A stretch of 64,000 nt of DNA. It comes from Eledone cirrhosa. Lineage: Eukaryota. The stretch spans positions 71,300,001-71,364,000 of the forward strand of contig OZ024746.1 in assembly GCA_964016885.1 (NCBI GenBank). The letters run 5' to 3'. Each line of letters opens with the position of its first letter. Within the stretch, counting starts at the first letter, position 1. Below are positions 14,091-30,040 of the stretch, piece after piece. Under the pieces are notes generated by a model. The model did no database searches, was not told the DNA's origin, and worked only from the letters and a program-made list of their open reading frames with translations. A program made the position numbers and the translations under genes.

Positions 14091-14335
14091 TTATGAGGTC
14101 CAACTGCTAGGCTTGCAGTTTCAGTATGTTATCTCGCAAGCTTCTTCAAAGGAGCTGTTGTATATTTGTTTAGTCAATACATAAATAATTTTCTGGAGTG
14201 TAAGGAAGGATGATATTACGTCACTCGTTAGGTCACTGTACATTCACCAACGTTGTTAACAGAACTGTAGTAGCTGGTCAGTTGATATTGAAATACGTTT
14301 CTGAACAAGGGTGTGGTGCTGGGGTCAGCGGGGTG

Positions 14336-15098
14336 GCATGGTATACTTGGTAAAAAGTCGCATGGTATACTTGGTAAAAAGTCGCATGGTATACTTGGTA
14401 AAAAGTCGCATGGCATACTTGGTAAAAAGTCGCATGGTATACTTGGTAAAAAGTCGCATGGCATACTTGGTAAAAAGTCGCATGGTATACTTGGTAAAAA
14501 GTCGCATGGCATACTTGGTAAAAAGTCGCATGGTATACTTGGTAAAAAGTCGCATGGCATACTTGGTAAAAAGTCGCATGGTATACTTAGTAAAAAGTCG
14601 CATGGTATACTTGGTAAAAAGTCGCATGGTATACTTAGTAAAAAGTCGCATGGTATACTTGGTAAAAAGTCGCATGGTATACTTGGTAAAAAGTCGCATG
14701 GTATACTTGGTAAAAAGTCGCATGGTATACTTAGTAAAAAGTCGCATGGTATACTTGGTAAAAAGTCGCATGGTATACTTGGTAAAAAGTCGCATGGTAT
14801 ACTTGGTAAAAAGTCGCATGGTATACTTAGTAAAAAGTCGCATGGTATACTTGGTAAAAAGTCGCATGGTATACTTGGTAAAAAGTCGCATGGTATACTT
14901 AGTAAAAAGTCGCATGGTATACTTGGTAAAAAGTCGCATGGTATACTTAGTAAAAAGTCGCATGGTATACTTGGTAAAAAGTCGCATGGTATACTTGGTA
15001 AAAAGTCGCATGGTATACTTGGTAAAAAGTTGCATGGTATACTTGGTAAAAAGTCGCATGGTATACTTAGTAAAAAGTCGCATGGCATACTTGGTAAA
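14336..15098. repeat. 24-bp minisatellite (gcatggtatacttggtaaaaagtc), ~32 copies
   Basis: Near-perfect 24-bp period. Source of the 8-aa-repeat ORFs in several frames. Confidence 0.97.
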
Positions 15099-15269
15099 AA
15101 AAATGCGAAACTTAAACTATTCTAAGATAGAAGAAGAAGATAGAAGAAGAAGAAGAAGAAGAAGAAGAAGAAGAAGAAGAAGAAGAAGAAGAAGAAGAAG
15201 AAGAAGACAGAGGAGGTGAACAGAAAAATAAAAGGAATTATAATTTGTGTGTATCTATACCCTCCTAAT

Positions 15270-15630
15270 CACTCACACGTGGAAACATCCAAACAAATGA
15301 GAGGGTCGTACGGCAGAGTCCTCAAACAATCCTTCCAGTGGGTCCTGTCAGAAACAGCCGGTTCCAACTGAACCGGCTGGAGCCCCAAGTGTGATCAGCC
15401 AAGTTGATGGATGTTATTCAACCTCCATACTCGTGGTCTATCCCTGCGTCTCCTGACGCTCGATTTTGCCCGTAAAATCTGTCCAGCGATTCTTTCCGCA
15501 GACATTCTAACAACATGCCCGTAGTACCGGAGCCGTGGTTTGTCTCAGTTCAGATAAGTAGCGGCTTTACATGGAGCGATTCTCTGATCTCCTAGTTACG
15601 CACTCTAACGAGTAATGTTATTCTAAAGAC
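15270..15630 (-). mobile_element. RTE-clade LINE 3' fragment, degenerate
   Basis: Minus strand translates LRYYGHVVRMSAERIAGQILRAK..RRRDRPR..SDRTHWKDCL. Homologous to 30135-30325. Confidence 0.7.
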
Positions 15631-15836
15631 CCTAGAAAATAGTCCAATATTAGGGCAACCGATTACGCCAACACAATAAACAGTTAGGATAATTATCGCG
15701 AAAATAAAAGGTGTGGGCTCGATTCCTATACACGCTAATATCCATTTTTTCCGTTATGGGGGTTCTTATTAGACTTTTCATATTACTAAATTTACTGTGA
15801 AAGCGTCTAATTCCATTTTCAATATATATATATATC

Positions 15837-15875
<39 letters not shown>

Positions 15876-15966
15876 ATAATAATAATAAATTTGAAGACTA
15901 AAATCCAAAGAGGGCTCGATAAGGATAAATATATATCAAATATATAAGAACCGTAGAGCAAATATT

Positions 15967-16085
15967 TATTAAAATAACAGATTAAAGTTTAAGCAAAGAA
16001 TCGCTGCTTTCACCCTTAACGGGATCTTCTGAAGATCCCGTTAAGGGTGGAAGCAGCGATTCTTTGCTTAAACTTTAATCTGTTA

Positions 16086-16093
<8 letters not shown>
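15967..16093. repeat. Foldback (63-bp arms, 1-nt spacer, 1 mismatch) abutting (TA)n; arm sequence recurs at 56198-56263 and 57388-57450
   Basis: tattaaaataacag...gggatcttc t gaagatccc...ctgttattttaata. Confidence 0.9.
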
Positions 16094-16121
<28 letters not shown>

Positions 16122-16314
16122 TATATATATATGTATATATACGCACATACATATATATTCTGAAAGTCATGCAAGCGCACATATTTACATACACAAACAT
16201 TTACATGCACACATATGTGCATCCACATTAACATACATCAAAATATTCACACAAATATACAAATGAGTGCCAAAACAATTATAAACACACACACACACGC
16301 ACACACACGCACAC

Positions 16315-16371
<57 letters not shown>

Positions 16372-16450
16372 CATAACAGTGTATATGAAAGTATATTCGT
16401 GTATGCTTATGAAAGCATATGTCTTTGTATCTTTATGTCTTTATGTCTCA

Positions 16451-16647
16451 GGCCGGTGGATTGGCAGTATCGGTAGAGGGTCGGGCGCCATGCTTTACGG
16501 CCCTTTATGATCTGAGTTCAATTCCCGCCGAGGTTAACTTTGCCTTTCATCCTCACGGGGTCGGTAAAATAAAGTACCAGTCATGCGCTGGGGTCGATAT
16601 AATCGACTTACGCCTCCTCCCAAATTGCTGACCATAAGAAACCATTA
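16451..16647 (+). mobile_element. SINE family A copy
   Basis: ggtggattggcagtatcggtagag head, gagttcaattccc B-box, central core. Confidence 0.8.
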
Positions 16648-17018
16648 TGTCTTTATGTCTTTGTATGTCTATGGTTTGTGCGTGTGTCAGTGTATGTATG
16701 TATGAATTTGCATGCGTCTTGTATGTAAGGAAATGTGGTTACGTTCCCACGATGCAAAATTCCATCATCAAGGCGCCAAACCTTAGGAACAAAAATATTC
16801 TTCAGGACCACCATCGTAACAGTTTCTTGTTCAAAGGATTAATCTTTTTCTCGTAGAGGCTTAGGCGATTTGTTTCTGTTTGCATCCGAGTTTTTCACTA
16901 CAGCCTGTTTGCAAGATACACACACATAACCACACACAAACACACACGCACACACGCACACACACACACACACACACCCACACACACACACACGCACACA
17001 CGCTCAAATACACAGATG

Positions 17019-17051
<33 letters not shown>

Positions 17052-17060
17052 GTAAATATT

Positions 17061-17102
<42 letters not shown>

Positions 17103-17188
17103 CGTGAATGCGTGTGTGTGTATGTGTGTACATATATAAACACACAGATGTACACACACACACATATATATATATATATGTAAATATT

Positions 17189-17220
<32 letters not shown>

Positions 17221-17293
17221 CGTGTATGCGTGTGTGTGTATGTGTGTACATATATGTTTATATACATACATATATAAACATGTGTGTGCTATT

Positions 17294-17354
<61 letters not shown>

Positions 17355-17661
17355 ATGTGTGTATGTGTGTATGTGAGTGTGTACAAAGTGAGGGCGAGGG
17401 AGAAGGAGAAAGAGAAAGACAAAGAGTGGAGTGGATGTGATGTAGTTTGTAATACAGAAATATTGGCATTCTTGTTGAGTTTAGAAGATTTTCCATAAAT
17501 CATATTGTGTCATCTGCAAGTAATACTATCTCTCCCCCTCTCTCCCTCCCAGTCCTCTCTCAATTTCACCCTCTCTCTCTACACCTCTCTCTTCTCCACT
17601 CTCTCGCTCTCTCTCTGCATATGTGCGCACGTGTGTTTTATACAAAGAAAATTTCATAATG

Positions 17662-17712
<51 letters not shown>

Positions 17713-17795
17713 CATAAACAATAGACCAGACACAGAGACACTCAGACACACACAGACATATATATTTATACACGCATACACACACATATACACAC

Positions 17796-17853
<58 letters not shown>

Positions 17854-17854
17854 T

Positions 17855-17899
<45 letters not shown>

Positions 17900-17912
17900 A
17901 TAAATATATCTA

Positions 17913-18022
<110 letters not shown>

Positions 18023-18301
18023 AATATATATTCACAAAAGGCCACATGGAATCTAACTGAATAACAAAACTACTTTACATTATACATTGATAGACTTCAT
18101 AATTTTTACCATTTTACCATTTTTTTCACAAGACACTCCATAATTCTTCGAAATATTGACACATACATACATATATATATAACTACGCATAACAAAGATG
18201 ACTGTGATAATAGAAATAAATTGCTGATAATAATTCTGGTGTGATGACCGCAATGGTAATAGTGGGGAAAACCACAGACATAAAAAACATGTATGTATGT
18301 G

Positions 18302-18405
<104 letters not shown>

Positions 18406-18490
18406 ATAGTTGAAACAGAAAACAAAAAAAAACAACTAGGAAGCGAAGAGGCAGTACAAAATGTTAATATTAGTTTCACGCTTGAGAGTG

Positions 18491-18588
<98 letters not shown>

Positions 18589-18632
18589 TATATAGATATA
18601 TACACACACATATATATATATACATGTATATA

Positions 18633-18687
<55 letters not shown>

Positions 18688-18700
18688 GTGTATATATATG

Positions 18701-18814
<114 letters not shown>

Positions 18815-18875
18815 TATATACATACATATATATATGGATATATACACACACATATACATATACATGTATATATAT

Positions 18876-18982
<107 letters not shown>

Positions 18983-19300
18983 TATTTATACACACATAGG
19001 GAGAGCAGCGAGTGGTATATCTCCACGGTAAACTTGTCATTGTTACAACTGCAGTTTAACGACAAACAGACTCTAGCCTCGCTTGCACATCATTTACTAT
19101 CCTATAATGGAACCTCAGCTGCAACATGGCGACACGAGACCCTTCACTGGTACTAAGCAGATAGCCTTGTCCTCACTTAACGTCTCCCCACACTGTGTGT
19201 ATATATCTATATATATATATATACGCATGAGTGTATGTATGTATGAATCTATCTATTTATCTATCTATATACACATACACCCACAGATCCATATTATTAT

Positions 19301-19348
<48 letters not shown>

Positions 19349-19368
19349 CCACCCACAGGCCCATATTT

Positions 19369-19437
<69 letters not shown>

Positions 19438-19711
19438 ATATGTATATGTATATGTATATATATATATATATAATATATATTCACATAAACATACATACAT
19501 ATACGAGCACCCGCATACAGACATACACAGACTCATATATTTATTTGTGTGCGTATGTATATTTACACACACATATATATGCAAACACACTAATAAAAAT
19601 GCTCACATTTTGCTTAGAAACACGTGATCAGATTTCAATCCGGCAATATTCCAACTGTTAAACCGGCAATATATCCTCCTATACACCACCAATATATTTT
19701 AACCATATAGA

Positions 19712-21275
19712 AGCAATATACCCACACAAACAACGGTAATATACCCACACAAACAACTGCAATATACCCACACAAACAACGGTAATATACCCACACAAAC
19801 AACTGCAATATACCCACACAAACAACTGCAATATACCCACACAAACAACTGCAATATACCCACACAAACAACTGCAATACACCCACACAAACAACGGTAA
19901 TATACCCACACAAACAACTGCAATATAACCACACAAACAACTGCAATATACCCACACAACAACTGCAATATACCCACACAAACAACGGTAATATACCCAC
20001 ACAAACAACTGCAATATACCCACACAAACAACTGCAATATACCCACACAAACAACGGTAATATACCCACACAAACAATGCCAATATACCCACACAAACAA
20101 CGGCAATATACCCACACAAACAACGGTAATATACCCAAACAAACAACGGTAATATACCCACACAAACAACGGTAATATACCCACACAAAAAACGGCAATA
20201 TACCCACAGAAACAACTGCAATATACCCACACAAACAACTGCAATATACCCACACAAACAACTGCAATATACCCACACAAACAACAGTAATATACCCACA
20301 CAAACAACGGCAATATACCCAAACAAACAACGGTAATATACCCACACAAACAACGGTAATATACCCACACAAAAAACGGCAATATACCCACACTAACAAC
20401 TGCAATATACCCACACAAACAACGGCAATATACCCACACAAACAATGCCAATATACCCACACAAACAACGGCAATATACCCACACAAACAATGGTAATAT
20501 ACCCACACAAACAACGGCAATATACCCACACAAACAACGGCAATATACACACACAAACAACGGCAATATACCCACACAATCAACGGCAATATACCCACAC
20601 AAACAACGGCAATATACACACACAAACAACGGCAATATACCCACACAAACAACGGCAATATACCCACACCAAAAACGGCAATATACCCACACAAACAACT
20701 GCAATATACACACACAAACAACAGTAATATACCCACACAAACAACGGTAATATACCCACACAAAAAACGGCAATATACCCACACAAACAACTGCAATATA
20801 CGCACACAAACAACTGCAATATACCCACACAAACAACTGCAATATACCCACACAAAAAACGGCAATATACCCACACAAACAACTGCAATATACCCACACA
20901 AACAACGGTAATATACCCACACAAACAATGCCAATATACCCACACAAACAACGGTAATATACCCACACAAACAACGGCAATATACCTACACAAACAATGG
21001 TAATATAACCACACAAACAATGCCAATATACCCACACAAACAACTGCAATATACCCACACAAACAACTGCAATATACCCACACAAACAACGGCAATATAC
21101 CCACACAAACAACTGCAATATACCCACACAAACAACGGCAATATACCTACACAAACAATGGTAATATACCCACACAAACAATGGTAATATACCCAAACAA
21201 ACAACGGAAATACACCCACACAAACAATGGCAATATACCTACACAAACAACTGTAATATACCCACACAAATAGCG
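19712..21275. repeat. 24-bp minisatellite (gcaatatacccacacaaacaac[gt]), ~65 copies
   Basis: 24-bp period with variant units. Confidence 0.97.
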
Positions 21276-21386
21276 GCCATTTCCCCACCCATTTACCGGA
21301 AATATTCCCATCCATCCATCGGCAATATTCCCAACGGTTTACCAGTAATATTCTCACAATGTATCACCCCCAAAATCGGCAACATT

Positions 21387-21600
21387 AATTTCTAACATAG
21401 GCACAAGGCCAGCAGTTTGGGGGAAGAAGAAAGTCGATTATACCAGCTTCAGTGCGTTACTGGTACTTAATTTTATCGTGCTTGGATGGATGAAAGGCAT
21501 AGTTGACATCGATGGGATTTGAACTTAGAAGTTTGAAAATCATAGCTAAATACCGCAAAGCATTTTGTCCGAGGCATTATTGATTCGGCCAATCTACCGC
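21387..21600 (-). mobile_element. Older, divergent SINE family A copy
   Basis: ggcacaaggccagcag..ctggtacttaattttatcg..ggatgaaaggcatagttgac..gggatttgaac. Confidence 0.65.
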
Positions 21601-21829
21601 AATATTGCTACTCATAAACTGCTAATCATTTCACCATAAATCCGTGGTACTCCTCTCACTGATGTAACTTACCAAACAGTACCCCCCCCCCCTTGCCTAC
21701 CTCAATCGTTCTCGTTAGATCTCAAGCACACGTTAGCTGAGTAAACATTCACACATTGTCACTACTGAATAAACACCCAATACTTTGATGAAGGAAAATT
21801 GACGCCATTTTGCTTTTTTTCTTGCATTC

Positions 21830-21924
21830 ATTGTTGATGGTGGTGTTGGTGTTACCGTTGACTATGTTGTTGGTGTTGTTGCTGTTAGTTGTTGTAGTGT
21901 TGTTGTCGTTGGTGGTGGTTTTGG

Positions 21925-21979
<55 letters not shown>

Positions 21980-22820
21980 AGTATCGCTGTTGGCTGTGGT
22001 GTTGCTTGAGATGTTATTTTTACTGTTGGTCACAACACCCGCTACCACTACCACCACCACTACCACCACCACCACCACCACCACCACCACCACCACCTAC
22101 ACGACCACCACCACCACCTCCTCCACCACCACTACCGCCGCCGCCGACACCACCACCACCGCTGACACCACCACACCACCACACCACCACCACCGCCGAC
22201 GACACCACCACCACCACCACCACCACCACACCACCACCACCACCACCACCACCACCACCACCACCACCGCCGCCGACACCACCACCACCACCGCCGCCGC
22301 CGCCGACACCACCACCACCACCACCACAACCACCACCGCCGCCGCCACTACATATCCCATCATTCCTCTGCTGATACACATTCCTGTCCATCCTTCATCT
22401 AAACATTATTCAGTTCTTTGAAGCCTCTCCTGACGACTTAACTTTGCTGGAACTGCCTGTATTCCCCGACGTTCTCGTCATCGCCATCACCATCACCATC
22501 ATTGTCATCATTATCACCATCATCATGATGATAATCATCATCACTATCATCAACATCATCATAGTCCTCCTCCTCCTCCTCCTCCTCCTCCTCCTCCTCC
22601 TCATCATCATCATCATCATCATCATGATCATCGCGATCATCATAATCGTCATCACCATTATCGCCATAGTCATCATTGTTATCATCACTATCAACATCAT
22701 CACTATCAACTTTCTTCTCTTACCCCTCCTCCTCCCCCACCTTCTCTTCCACCCCCTCATCATCATCATCGTCATCATCATCATCATCATCATCATAATA
22801 ATAATAATAATAATAATAAT
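21830..22820. repeat. Compound trinucleotide microsatellite (GTT)n/(ACC)n/(ATC)n/(CCT)n/(AAT)n
   Basis: Direct inspection. Confidence 0.9.
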
Positions 22821-23005
22821 TGTTTCTACTTTAGGCACAAGGCCAGCAATTACCCAGTGCATTACTGGTACTTTATTTTATCGACCCCGTAAGGATGAAA
22901 GGCAAAGTCAACCTCGGCGGGATTTGAACTTAGATCGTAAAGGGACGTAACTATGCTGGAAAGCATAGCGTCCGACCCTCTACCGATACTGCCAATCCAC
23001 CACCC
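22818..23005 (-). mobile_element. Full-length SINE family A copy in (AAT)n
   Basis: Complete head-core-tail on the minus strand, flanked by AAT repeats. Confidence 0.85.
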
Positions 23006-23006
23006 T

Positions 23007-23049
<43 letters not shown>

Positions 23050-23053
<4 letters not shown>

Positions 23054-23861
23054 CTGAACTTAGAGATCCACAGACATGGAACTGGTTGAGAAGAGGAGAC
23101 CTCAAAAAGGCTACAGAAGGAATGCTAATGGCTACGCAGGAGCAGGCCCTCAAAACGAAGTGGTTGAAGCACCATATCTACAAGGAGGAGGCTAGCCCAC
23201 TGTGCAGGATCTGTGGAGAGAGAGAGGAGACTGTGGCTCACATTGTGTCCGAGTGTAAACACCTAGCCCAGACCCACTATAAGGGCTGGAGACACGATGT
23301 GATGGGCAGGGTGATCCACTGGCACCTGTGCAAAGTAAACAATCTACCACATTCTGAGAAATGGTATGAGCATAGGCCAGAGGCGGTGATAGAGAACAGT
23401 CAGGTGAAGGTGCTGTGGGATTTTAGGATACAGACGGACAAAAAACTGGAACACAATAGACCTGACCTGGTGGTTGTGGACAAAGAAAAAAGATCGTGCC
23501 TGATTGTGGATGTGGCCTGCCCGTTCGACACGAGAGTGCAAGAGAAGGAGAGGGAGAAAATTAACCGATACCAGGACCTAAAGTGGGAGGTGAAAAGGAT
23601 TTGGAACTGCCATGAAGTCAAAGTGATCCCGATTGTCATAGGCGCACTGGGGACTATCTCCAAAGGTTTCCAGGGATGGTTAAAGAAAATCGGCCCCTTC
23701 ACGCTTTTTGGAACACTTCAAAAGGCATGCTTGCTTGGAACAGCAAGAACCCTCCGATACGTCCTGAATATCTGAGGCTGCAGGTAGTGGCTTGATATTC
23801 AATCCAACGGACTTTCCAGTTAACCAACATCAATGACTGAGATTCAAGGAATAACGGTGAC
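23050..23861 (+). mobile_element. 5'-truncated R4/Dong-type non-LTR element (CCHC + restriction-like endonuclease) inserted in (TAA)n
   Basis: ORF 23086-23775: CRICGEREETVAHIVSEC, RHD, RPDLVVVD, DVACPFD, KINRYQDL. (AAT)n on both flanks matches the known Dong target preference. Confidence 0.88.
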
Positions 23862-23902
<41 letters not shown>

Positions 23903-23906
<4 letters not shown>

Positions 23907-24020
23907 TGTTTCTAGTTTTGGCACCAGGCCAGCAATTACCCAGTACATTACTGGTACTTTATTTTATCGACCCCGTAAGGATGAAAGGCAAAGTTAACCT
24001 CGGCGGGATTTGAACTCAGA
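23903..24020 (-). mobile_element. SINE family A 3' part
   Basis: Core and tail match the other copies. Confidence 0.8.
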
Positions 24021-24030
24021 ATAATAATAA

Positions 24031-24394
24031 AAAGATTGTGCCTGATTGTGGATGTGGCCTGCCCATTTGACACGAGAGTGCGAGAAAAGGAGAGGGAGAA
24101 AATTAACCGATACCAGGATTTAAAGTGGGAGTTAAAAAGGATTTGGAACTGCCATGATATCAAAGTCGTTCCGATTGTCATAGGTGCACTAGGTACTATC
24201 TCAAAAAGTTTCCAAGGATGGTTAAAGAAAATTGGCCCCGCCACGCTTTTTGGAACGCTTCAAAAGGCATGCTTTCTGGGAACAGCAAGAACCCTCCGAT
24301 ACGTCCTGAATATCTGAGGCTGCAGGTAGTGGCTTGATATTCATTTCAACAAACTTTCCAGTTAACTAACATCAATGACTGAGACTCAAAGAAC
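24031..24394 (+). mobile_element. Second, shorter 5'-truncated copy of the same R4/Dong-type element
   Basis: ORF 24036-24317 is a near copy of the C-terminus of 23086-23775, with the same 3' UTR and an (AAT)n tail. Confidence 0.88.
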
Positions 24395-24430
<36 letters not shown>

Positions 24431-24625
24431 CGTCATCATCATCACCATCATTATCATCGTCAATAACATTATGGTCACTATTATATTCTTTACACAGTAA
24501 TTACACGTCTTATCGCGATGTAATGTATGGGTTGTGAGTGTGTGTTCATTTTTCTCAGTTGACAACGGCAACTACAACAAAAACAGGAAGAACATCCATA
24601 AAGTAATGCTCTCTCTCTCCCCCTC

Positions 24626-24708
<83 letters not shown>

Positions 24709-24782
24709 AGGGAATGTAACGTGAAGTGACTGTAGGCTCACCCAGGTGAGCACTCGATGTTTAGATTTCTATGCTTTATATG

Positions 24783-24899
24783 TTCATTCTGTCATTTCAA
24801 CAGCAGAGGTCCGACGAGCTTTTGATTCCAGAGTCGGGTCAGATCGATACAGATCGGACCTTGAGCTGATCAATAGCGAAACACGCGTCACCAATGAAT
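24783..24899 (+). ncRNA. Type I hammerhead-like ribozyme with U4C core variant
   Basis: ggt-CCGACGA(24811-17)-long helix II (gct/agc, ttgat/atcaa, ggtc..gatc/gatc..gacc)-GAAA(24878-81)-CACGC-GTC-acc. Distal ttcatt/aatgaa pairing extends helix I. Confidence 0.6.
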
Positions 24900-24940
24900 A
24901 AACGTAATGAAGGCTTAAATCGTCCTTGTATTATACACAC

Positions 24941-25048
<108 letters not shown>

Positions 25049-26562
25049 CTATATATATGTGTGTGTATGTGTGTAGAAATATGTGAAATATGGAACATAA
25101 TTGTGATCATGCCTTTTTTATTTATTGATGAGGAAGTATTACACGAACTACAGGAATTTGAATATGAAACAGCATCAGCATCATCATCAGCAGCAGCAGC
25201 ACCACCACCACCACCATCACCACCACTACCACAGCTATCACCACCACTACCTCCACTAGCACCACCACCACTATATCAAACTTTTGCATTAGAATAGCAA
25301 GGAAATCATCCTTAAATCTCATCTTATCTAAACTATAATAAAGTAAGGAGTGCAGGACTGCGTCCAGAATATATATTTTTATCCCGTTTGTAAAATAAGT
25401 TGGATTACTTTGAATAAATAATGAATGAATATTACATAATTTATCTACTAAATTTCGTTATTCTTGATTAAATATAAATAATTTTGTTGTTTATTTTAAG
25501 ATTCACTTCTTTAAAATTTTCAACTATCAAGACTTCCGGTTAGCGATCGCTTAAATAAACATTCATATATTCCAGTCACTAATTTTCTCCTAATGCAGTT
25601 TATATATAATATCGTCTTTTTTAATGTATCATGGATTACGTTACTGATTACATAAGAGAGTGTAACACAGTCTTCGTTCAATTTCTGTGTATATTGTCAA
25701 TTACGATTTTATTTGATGTGTCATATCTACATGCATATATATTTGCGTATAATATCAATATACACACTACACATGTTAGCAGAAAACCATCCGAATGGTG
25801 GTTTTTCTGCTAATTCATTTAAAAAACGAAAATATATATTGGCAGACGTAGAAGCTCCTATCATTAAAACACCAGCGAAACCATCTGTGTGATGTAACTT
25901 CGAAGAGGATCAGCTAAACCTGCATAAGTGTGAGCTGTAATAACAATATAATAGGGCTAAGGAACAGAAGGGGCGTGGCTTAGTGGTTTCGCAATCGTGA
26001 GGTTAGGAGTTCAATTCTCGGACCGGGTGATATGTTGTGTCCTTGAGCAAAACACTTATTTTTCACTTTGCTCTTTCTGCCAGGAGTTGCGACCGCTAGA
26101 TAGTATCAGCAATGGAAAGACCAATGGAAACATTGTTTCCTTGGTCCGATTTGACTCGGCAAGTAAATGAGGTCTGAGATCTTGTCGGTCGATCAGAGCG
26201 AGAGCTAATGACCTTAAATCACCTTAGATCACCCGAAGGATCATAAAAACACCCGAGAAACCTTCAATAAGATGTAATTCCGAAAGAGGTCAACTAAAAC
26301 TACATAGGTATATCAACAAACAAACAGTAATTCTATCATCACCAAATTGTCTTATCTACATCCACTACACCCCCTACACATCCTACACTCTGACCCTTTC
26401 CCATTAGTCTCATTTTCTCAGTCATTAACCCCCCTCTCCCAAACACCGAAGTTTAATCTTAAATATAGGGATCATCTCTATGGTTACATTATAACCGAGA
26501 ATGTCGAGAATTCCGTTTTCTGTTCTGTTTTGTTACTTTCAAATCTCTCTCTCTCTCTCCCC

Positions 26563-26706
<144 letters not shown>

Positions 26707-26747
26707 TTTATTTTTTTAATATATTTATATATATATATATATATATA

Positions 26748-26848
26748 TGTTATTGCCTCCTCCATATTGAGGACGCCTTTGCATGTAAACTCCCGCCTTT
26801 GTACTTGTCCCACTTTTGATGCCCTGGTGGCAAATAAAAAGAAAGTTA
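26748..26848 (+). mobile_element. Isolated 3' end of the Tx1-like LINE family seen at 1-3378
   Basis: tgtccc..tttgatgccctggtggcaaataaa.agaaagtta matches ~3335-3378. Embedded in (TA)n. Confidence 0.75.
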
Positions 26849-26941
26849 TATATATATATATATATATATATATACGTTATTCCGGGTTGAATCGGAGGTA
26901 ACCACAGTAAGTAAGGTACTCAATACATTGCAGAGTATAAA

Positions 26942-27122
26942 AGTTTTAATATAGATGAGATTCTACAGGACTAGAACTGTTTCATTCTTTAGAAATCATC
27001 AGGAATCTGGGTATCAAAAAATAATACCATATAAATACCATATTTATTTTTTGATACCCAGATTCCTGATGATTTCTAAAGAATGAAACAGTTCTAGTCC
27101 TGTAGAATCTCATCTATATTAA

Positions 27123-27126
<4 letters not shown>
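26942..27126. mobile_element. Foldback element (~82-bp arms) carrying a complete type I hammerhead on each strand, abutting (TA)n
   Basis: Plus strand: agattc-CTGATGA(27066-72)-tttctaaagaat-GAAA(27085-88)-cag ttctagtc ctg-TA-gaatct. Helix I is 6 bp, helix III is cag/ctg, cleavage site GUA. Mirror copy at ~26958-27008. Confidence 0.85.
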
Positions 27127-27190
<64 letters not shown>

Positions 27191-27813
27191 TTCTCTCCCT
27201 CTCTCCCCTAACTCTCCCTCTCTTAATTTCTATGTCGCTTTTAAACTCTTTCTCATTCTCTATCTATCTCTATCTGTCTGATTCCACCTCTTTCAGTTAC
27301 TTTCTTTCACTGCCTGTCGCTATCTGTGTGTCTTTCTCTTCGGCTCTCTCTCTTTTTCTCTCTCTTCTCTTTCTCACTGTCTCTATCTTATTATCTCTCT
27401 TTCTCGTCTCCTCTCTTTCTCTCTCTGTTTCTCTCTTACGCACACATACACTCTCTCTATCAACCTTCCTCCATTTCTCTCACTGTACTTATCTGTAAAT
27501 GCATAGCGACCAGCAGGTACTATAAGCAATAGAAAAAAATAACAATGGAAATAAATATACTGTAGTTTCATTGGTCTTATCTGACGGTCGGTTCCTTTCT
27601 TTACTTCTACCAAGAGAAGTAAAGGCAGATCTCATCAATAATAATCGAAAAGCTAATGGAAACATTGTTTTCTTAGTCTGATCAGATGATCGGGTTCTCT
27701 CCTTCCTGACCAAGTAGCATTTTTATAAGATAATTGAAATGAAAAACAAACATATTCAATACGAAAAATCTTACAATGACGTGAAAAGCCATTTGATTTT
27801 ATATAAAAAAAAA

Positions 27814-29185
<1,372 letters not shown>

Positions 29186-29517
29186 TCTATAATATTATAA
29201 AGCTGAGTGTCGTGTGTATGTATTATGCATGTATCCTAAACACCTCCCTATAGTTTCTTAGCTTTACTCTCTCCGTCTATAATATATCATTCCCCCTCTC
29301 TATAATTTAACTGCTTTACTCTCTCTGTCACTCTTCACTCTCAAAGATTATAAAGTTGAGCGTCGTCTCTCTCTCTCTCCCTCTTTCACCCTCTCTATAA
29401 TTTAACTGCTTTACTCTCTCTGACACTCTTCACTCCGTCGCTCTTCCCTAATGTAGCGGTAATTGAAAAATAACGTTCATTTCCGTGGTATATCTTTCAT
29501 CTGTCGTCGCTCGCATA

Positions 29518-29587
<70 letters not shown>

Positions 29588-29738
29588 GCACACACAAATA
29601 CACATACTTTCACACCTGATTTCGCCAATTGCCGGATAACATCAAAACAAAACACACAGACACACACATGCACATACACACATACACAAACACACATACA
29701 CATACACATACACAAACACACACACACACACACACATA

Positions 29739-29776
29739 TCTATACTTATAAAGCTGACGGTCGGTCGTATATATAA

Positions 29777-29809
<33 letters not shown>

Positions 29810-30040
29810 TGTATGTGTGTATGTATGTATGTATGTATGTATGTATGTATGTATGTATGTATGTATGTATATTAACAACACAGTTTAACTCTTTCTTTTT
29901 AAACTCATTTCTACGGTAGCTCCTCCCCCTTGCTACGAAGTCGGAAGGACAATGTGACACGGGAGGGTGTGTGGTATCTTTGCAGTGGAGTGGTGGGGGC
30001 AGGTATACCTAGCCGGTCGCCAACCGGACGGGCCAGCTAG
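29739..30040 (+). mobile_element. 302-bp non-autonomous Helitron with (GTAT)n; a second similar 5' end at 29186
   Basis: A|TCTATACTTATAAAGCTGA 5' end, 3' hairpin ccggt-cgcca-accgg (30013-27) then CTAG|T. Upstream A|TCTATAATATTATAAAGCTGA at 29186. Confidence 0.75.

Noticed and set aside
14228-15219. Four overlapping ORFs of 250-300 aa with 8-aa repeats
   Set aside because: A 24-bp tandem repeat open in several frames on both strands.
16029-16065. Hammerhead in the 15967-16093 hairpin (CTGAAGA tccc gttaa gggt GGAA)
   Set aside because: CTGAAGA arises from the palindrome centre (other copies read CAGAAGA), and no helix III or NUH site follows.
19635-21357. Cys/Val-rich repeat ORFs
   Set aside because: 24-bp minisatellite artefact.
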